DNA of 64,000 nt from the IMG/VR virus record IMGVR_UViG_2639763152_000002. One strand, written 5' to 3'. Every line of letters starts with the position of its first letter. Within the stretch, counting starts at the first letter, position 1. Source of the stretch: a virus. A program made the translations under genes and the position numbers. The notes beneath the pieces were generated by a model. The model had not been told where the DNA came from. It was given only the letters and a program-made list of their open reading frames with translations, and made no database searches. Of the stretch, positions 60,508 through 64,000 are shown one piece after another.

Positions 60508-61102
60508 GTTGTTTTTTCTCCTTTCTCTTCTGCGTAAACGGATTTGATAGAACTGCTTCAATGTAATTTAAACCAACCTTGCTGCCTTTGTTCCTGAAAG
60601 CCTGTTTCATAGCCTCCATGACCTTCTCCTCGCCGTAATCTTCAACCATATAGCCAATTCGCTGAGCTTCAATTGGTCCGATAGTACGGGCGACTTTGTT
60701 CTCGAATAATTCAAAGACATTTTTCACTTTTTCATCAACTTCCTTTCTTTCTTCCGACACTTGGACAAGGTCCTTCTTCTTGTTGTAATTGCCAAGCTGT
60801 ATGTAATCCGCGTAATTCAAAACTGTGACAATAAAGCCGCGTTTTTGCGGCAGCCTGTCCAGTTTTAAATACTCCTGCTTGACCATTCTGTCTAACGAGT
60901 ATTTGATCTGATCGGATGACCAATTAAAACGCTTTGCTAATTCCACAAGCTTAATGATTGTCTGACCGGGCTCTAAATCCTGATCCGCTCTATACTCTGC
61001 CCGTTTGAATAAATGATCGTATATTGTCTCATCCCGTGAATCTTTAAATGGCAGGCGGGGTAAAATGACATATCCTAATCCTTGCGTATCCATATCGCTC
61101 AC
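60392..61102 (-). CDS. DnaD-domain replication initiator, copy 2
   Basis: Identical to 17548-18258. Confidence 0.85.
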   Translation of the reverse strand: MSDMDTQGLGYVILPRLPFKDSRDETIYDHLFKRAEYRADQDLEPGQTIIKLVELAKRFNWSSDQIKYSLDRMVKQEYLKLDRLPQKRGFIVTVLNYADYIQLGNYNKKKDLVQVSEERKEVDEKVKNVFELFENKVARTIGPIEAQRIGYMVEDYGEEKVMEAMKQAFRNKGSKVGLNYIEAVLSNPFTQKRKEKKQHDSSQNTKYGHGNGGHSQKTTGQVSPIFSGTGRLRKKG

Positions 61103-61290
61103 CTACTTCCTTTTACACACTGCTGTTAGAGCCTTAAAATCAATATCTGTTAATTCTAAAGATGGTTCATTTGTCTTCAGATAGTCCGTTACATACCGTG
61201 TATATAAGCCCTTCCTCATATCACGCCTAACTGTCTTAACCAGCCAGTAATAACAATGCGGAATCGGAACCTTAATTAAATCCTTTTCCA

Positions 61291-62091
61291 TCAGCTGATC
61301 AGCTCCGAGAAATGAATAATACTGTTTAACTGATTTGTTGCACGGCAATATTTGCATCTCTCACACCGCTCCGGCTTTTCACCGCCGTGTTTCACTTGCA
61401 GGATACGACCCATACGCTGCTCAATCTCTTCAAGCTCTACTTCCATTCGGCCCTTATCGATATTAATGACTGCCTTATCCGGCGGATCCTCTTTAGACAC
61501 ACCCACGATAAGAGGCTCAAGCCACTCGTTACGCCCAGTCATACGCCTTTCCATTTCTGCGTAAAGCGCCATCTGTCCGATGTATCCGTATGCTTCGACA
61601 AACGAGCAATAGCCTATTTCCGGATTCCACACCTTTTCTCGAAGTGAACGGGTTGTTTTCAGATCTGCAAAACGGCTGCCGGCCGGGTTGTATACGTCCA
61701 GCTTGCCTTTCCACGGAACACCGAAGAGTTCGGCCGTTACGATAACTTCTTTTGCTCCTTGCAGAACGAACATACAGAGTTCGTCATGTTGAATCGCCTC
61801 AATCATCAGATCAGCTAACTGATATTGCTTGTACAGCTGGCCTTTTTGTGTAAAAAGTGATGGCGTGTTTCTCTTGAATTCATCAAATACCTGTTTCCCT
61901 TCAAGCCAGGCATGAACATATTGACCGAAGAGGAGAGCCTCTGAACCCGGCGGCACCCATTCACCGTTAATCTTGGCCATTGTTGCCGCCTCGCATTGCA
62001 GAAAGCTCTTATATTGAGAATTTGACATGTAATATCTATCAATCTCGTTAGAATAGTAATTCTCCTTGTTTAGCGCCGGAATCGTCCTCAT
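61291..62091 (-). CDS. PD-(D/E)XK exonuclease, copy 2
   Basis: Identical to 18447-19247. Confidence 0.85.
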   Translation of the reverse strand: MRTIPALNKENYYSNEIDRYYMSNSQYKSFLQCEAATMAKINGEWVPPGSEALLFGQYVHAWLEGKQVFDEFKRNTPSLFTQKGQLYKQYQLADLMIEAIQHDELCMFVLQGAKEVIVTAELFGVPWKGKLDVYNPAGSRFADLKTTRSLREKVWNPEIGYCSFVEAYGYIGQMALYAEMERRMTGRNEWLEPLIVGVSKEDPPDKAVINIDKGRMEVELEEIEQRMGRILQVKHGGEKPERCERCKYCRATNQLNSIIHFSELIS

Positions 62092-62968
62092 CAGCAGGAT
62101 CACCAGCCTTTTTCTTTTTTTCATCTGCCTTCCCAACTTGCTCTTTTTGCTTTTTAAATTCTTCTTCAGCCTTTGACTTAGTCGCGCCTGTGGCCTTGAT
62201 ATTGAAGTAATCCTCTTTCTTTGCCATCCCATCACGAAGGGACGTGTAAATGCGTCCAATTTTCAAGAAATCTTGTTCAGTGAAAGCATCGATCGAATTG
62301 CCGATGTATTCCTGGATCATTTCTTTTGTAACGCCAAACTCTTTTTTGAAAAGAGATAAAGCGTTTCTGAGACGATCCTCCAAAGGTTCTTTATGACCGC
62401 TGATTAACGTTTGCTGACACATATCAACCGCAGCATCTACGATATCGCCTGGAATTACTCCAAGTATGCAGGCACGCAACCGCCGCGCGCCTTGATTAGC
62501 AACCATTTCATAAATATCCCTTGGATCATCAAGCTTTGTAATAGCACCGCGCGCTTTCCGTTCATGCTTAACCGTGAAAATCTTGGTTTGACGGGTATTC
62601 GTTTCGAGGTCCCAGGCATAAGCCATGACAGACGATTCTCCTGCCTTCTGTTCCAATTCCATAATCCCGTAATCAATGTTCCCCCAGTTCTGCGCCAACG
62701 CTTCAGCAAGACGTATAGAAGGACCAGATACTTTTGAGCCGCCTCGGGGATATTCATACACCGCGTTCTCAGCCAACAGTCTCCGTTCACATGCTTTCTT
62801 AATCCGATCGAACGCCGCGTATACATCCCGCGGGAATTTCTTAGCAATGACCATAGCAGCCTGTACCTCTTGAGCTTGGCGACTGACCATAGCTTCGGTA
62901 GTCACGTTGGTTGCCTGTTGAGGTGCGGGCATATAATCTGAGTAATCTACCTGAGACAATCCATTCAT
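62048..62968 (-). CDS. Putative annealing recombinase, copy 2
   Basis: Identical to 19204-20124. Confidence 0.6.
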   Translation of the reverse strand: MNGLSQVDYSDYMPAPQQATNVTTEAMVSRQAQEVQAAMVIAKKFPRDVYAAFDRIKKACERRLLAENAVYEYPRGGSKVSGPSIRLAEALAQNWGNIDYGIMELEQKAGESSVMAYAWDLETNTRQTKIFTVKHERKARGAITKLDDPRDIYEMVANQGARRLRACILGVIPGDIVDAAVDMCQQTLISGHKEPLEDRLRNALSLFKKEFGVTKEMIQEYIGNSIDAFTEQDFLKIGRIYTSLRDGMAKKEDYFNIKATGATKSKAEEEFKKQKEQVGKADEKKKKAGDPADEDDSGAKQGELLF

Positions 62969-63254
62969 TTTGCTGCCACCTCTCTCAAATAAGCTTTTGT
63001 GCCGCGCCTCTGCCATTCTCGGTATGCGTCCATTGACGGAAAACTGAAAACAGGACGGCCATACTTATCAAATGTAATTGAACCGCCAACCTGACTTAAA
63101 CGTTCCTGGTCGTCCGCCCGGTCGCTGAATGACACTGTAATTGATTTTGCCATTTATAAAACCTCCATTGTTTTCTATGAGGCGTTTTGATATAATTAGG
63201 TTCCAATCAATAATCAAAACGCCTGACGAAGTCCACTTTGCCGAGTGGGCTTTT

Positions 63255-63452
63255 TTATTGCGCTGTTTGAAATTCAAAACCAAACTGCTCCTTTAAGTAC
63301 CGTTCAAGATTATCCCTCAAAATTACCTCGCCGCTGTCGATTACATAATCATCTGTTGGCATTATGATGTCCCCAAAAAAATCCTTTTTCATTTCAGGTT
63401 CTGACGTTTTATCGTGCCAGTTGTTCAAAACCATTGGATTTTCAATGTTCAT
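63255..63452 (-). CDS. yqaI: YqaI-like protein, copy 2
   Basis: Identical to 20411-20608. Confidence 0.75.
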   Translation of the reverse strand: MNIENPMVLNNWHDKTSEPEMKKDFFGDIIMPTDDYVIDSGEVILRDNLERYLKEQFGFEFQTAQ

Positions 63453-63706
63453 TGCGAGCACCTGCTTATTACAGTTAAATTAATACCTCGCTGCTGCATT
63501 TTCATAGCTACATCGTACAAACGGCCTTTGTTTGCTAACCGGTTAATATCCTCCGTCAAAACTTTTATGCTTCCGGCTAAGCTAATGGCCTCCTCGTAAT
63601 CACCATCACGCAAGGCCTCACATAGCATAATCGCCAATTCTTCTGCTGAATCCACTTTCCGTTTAGCAGCTTCTAAATCTGATTTAAGAAATTGATTGTT
63701 GTTCAT
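63449..63706 (-). CDS. yqaH: YqaH-like protein, copy 2
   Basis: Identical to 20605-20862. Confidence 0.85.
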   Translation of the reverse strand: MNNNQFLKSDLEAAKRKVDSAEELAIMLCEALRDGDYEEAISLAGSIKVLTEDINRLANKGRLYDVAMKMQQRGINLTVISRCSQ

Positions 63707-64000
63707 ATCGTAATTGCCTGCCTCTCCTCATGATTTGCCATTGCTACTTGATCAACTAGCGCTTTTCTTGTCCACCTATCCGCTAGTTCTTGTATCTTTA
63801 AACCGTGTCCGCGGGCTAGTGAATAGATGAGTGTCTTATTTGCCGGGATAAGATCGAAAATCTGTTTAATATCACCCATTGGCAGTTCCCCTGCCCTCCT
63901 ACCCGGCCTGTCACTTGCCAGCCAACGGGCTAGGTGTTTTGTTGCTTCCAACGCCTCTTCCAGCTGATGGACCATATTGATTACCGCGGCACTTGCACTT
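63703..64000 (-). CDS. YqaG-like HTH protein, copy 2 (3' part; truncated by the window edge)
   Basis: Matches 20859-21156. Confidence 0.75.
   Translation of the reverse strand, partial: SASAAVINMVHQLEEALEATKHLARWLASDRPGRRAGELPMGDIKQIFDLIPANKTLIYSLARGHGLKIQELADRWTRKALVDQVAMANHEERQAITI

Larger units (their letters stand above)
1..64000. mobile_element. Temperate Bacillus siphovirus / prophage, ~1.5 genome equivalents
   Basis: Complete set of integrase, repressor, replication, packaging, head, tail and lysis modules. No host housekeeping genes. Confidence 0.97.
42924..64000. repeat. Second instance of the repeated segment
   Basis: Matches 1-21156, with net ~79 nt lost by indels before ~54.8 kb; constant offset and identical ORFs afterwards. 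Confidence 0.98.

Noticed and set aside
1-64000. CRISPR array, DGR/retron reverse transcriptase, arbitrium (AimR/AimP) or Rap-Phr signalling, IS elements
   Set aside because: No regularly spaced repeats, RT motifs, TPR receptor with secreted peptide gene, or transposase motifs were seen.

Overview
The whole window is phage DNA, with no host genes. It is a temperate, cos-type siphovirus of the Bacillus subtilis group: HK97-fold head, with early genes resembling the skin element and PBSX (yqaG/H/I/L/M/N/O/Q-like). The unit genome is about 42.9 kb and is present about 1.5 times: bases 1-21156 recur at 42924-64000. The offset between copies shrinks from 42923 to 42844 through many 1-nt indels, mostly in homopolymers. 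Beyond about 54.8 kb the second copy has the same ORFs at a constant offset. The frameshifts at about 34.7-54.6 kb (and one at ~1933) are therefore most likely long-read consensus errors, not real gene decay. Gene order on the minus strand is Cro, Xis-like, Rha antirepressor, recombination/replication, RusA, Xpf-like late activator, morons, HNH-TerS-TerL, portal, protease, capsid, collagen-like protein, head-tail and tail genes, gp12-like spike, BppU, holin and amidase. On the plus strand, the repressor and a tyrosine integrase are followed by an attP-like region at ~24.9-25.1 kb. The most interesting cargo is: (1) two paralogous three-gene cassettes, each with a YonT-like small basic membrane toxin, a complete convergent antisense RNA unit, a second membrane peptide and an HTH protein, and an inverted-repeat operator over the -35 box; (2) an island between the lysin and attP with a TagE-like teichoic-acid glycosyltransferase, an orphan sigma-70-like factor, a leaderless SH3-like protein and a Sie-like membrane protein; (3) a duplicated promoter cassette with Spo0A boxes upstream of morons. 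All family assignments come from motif recognition by eye; no database search was run.
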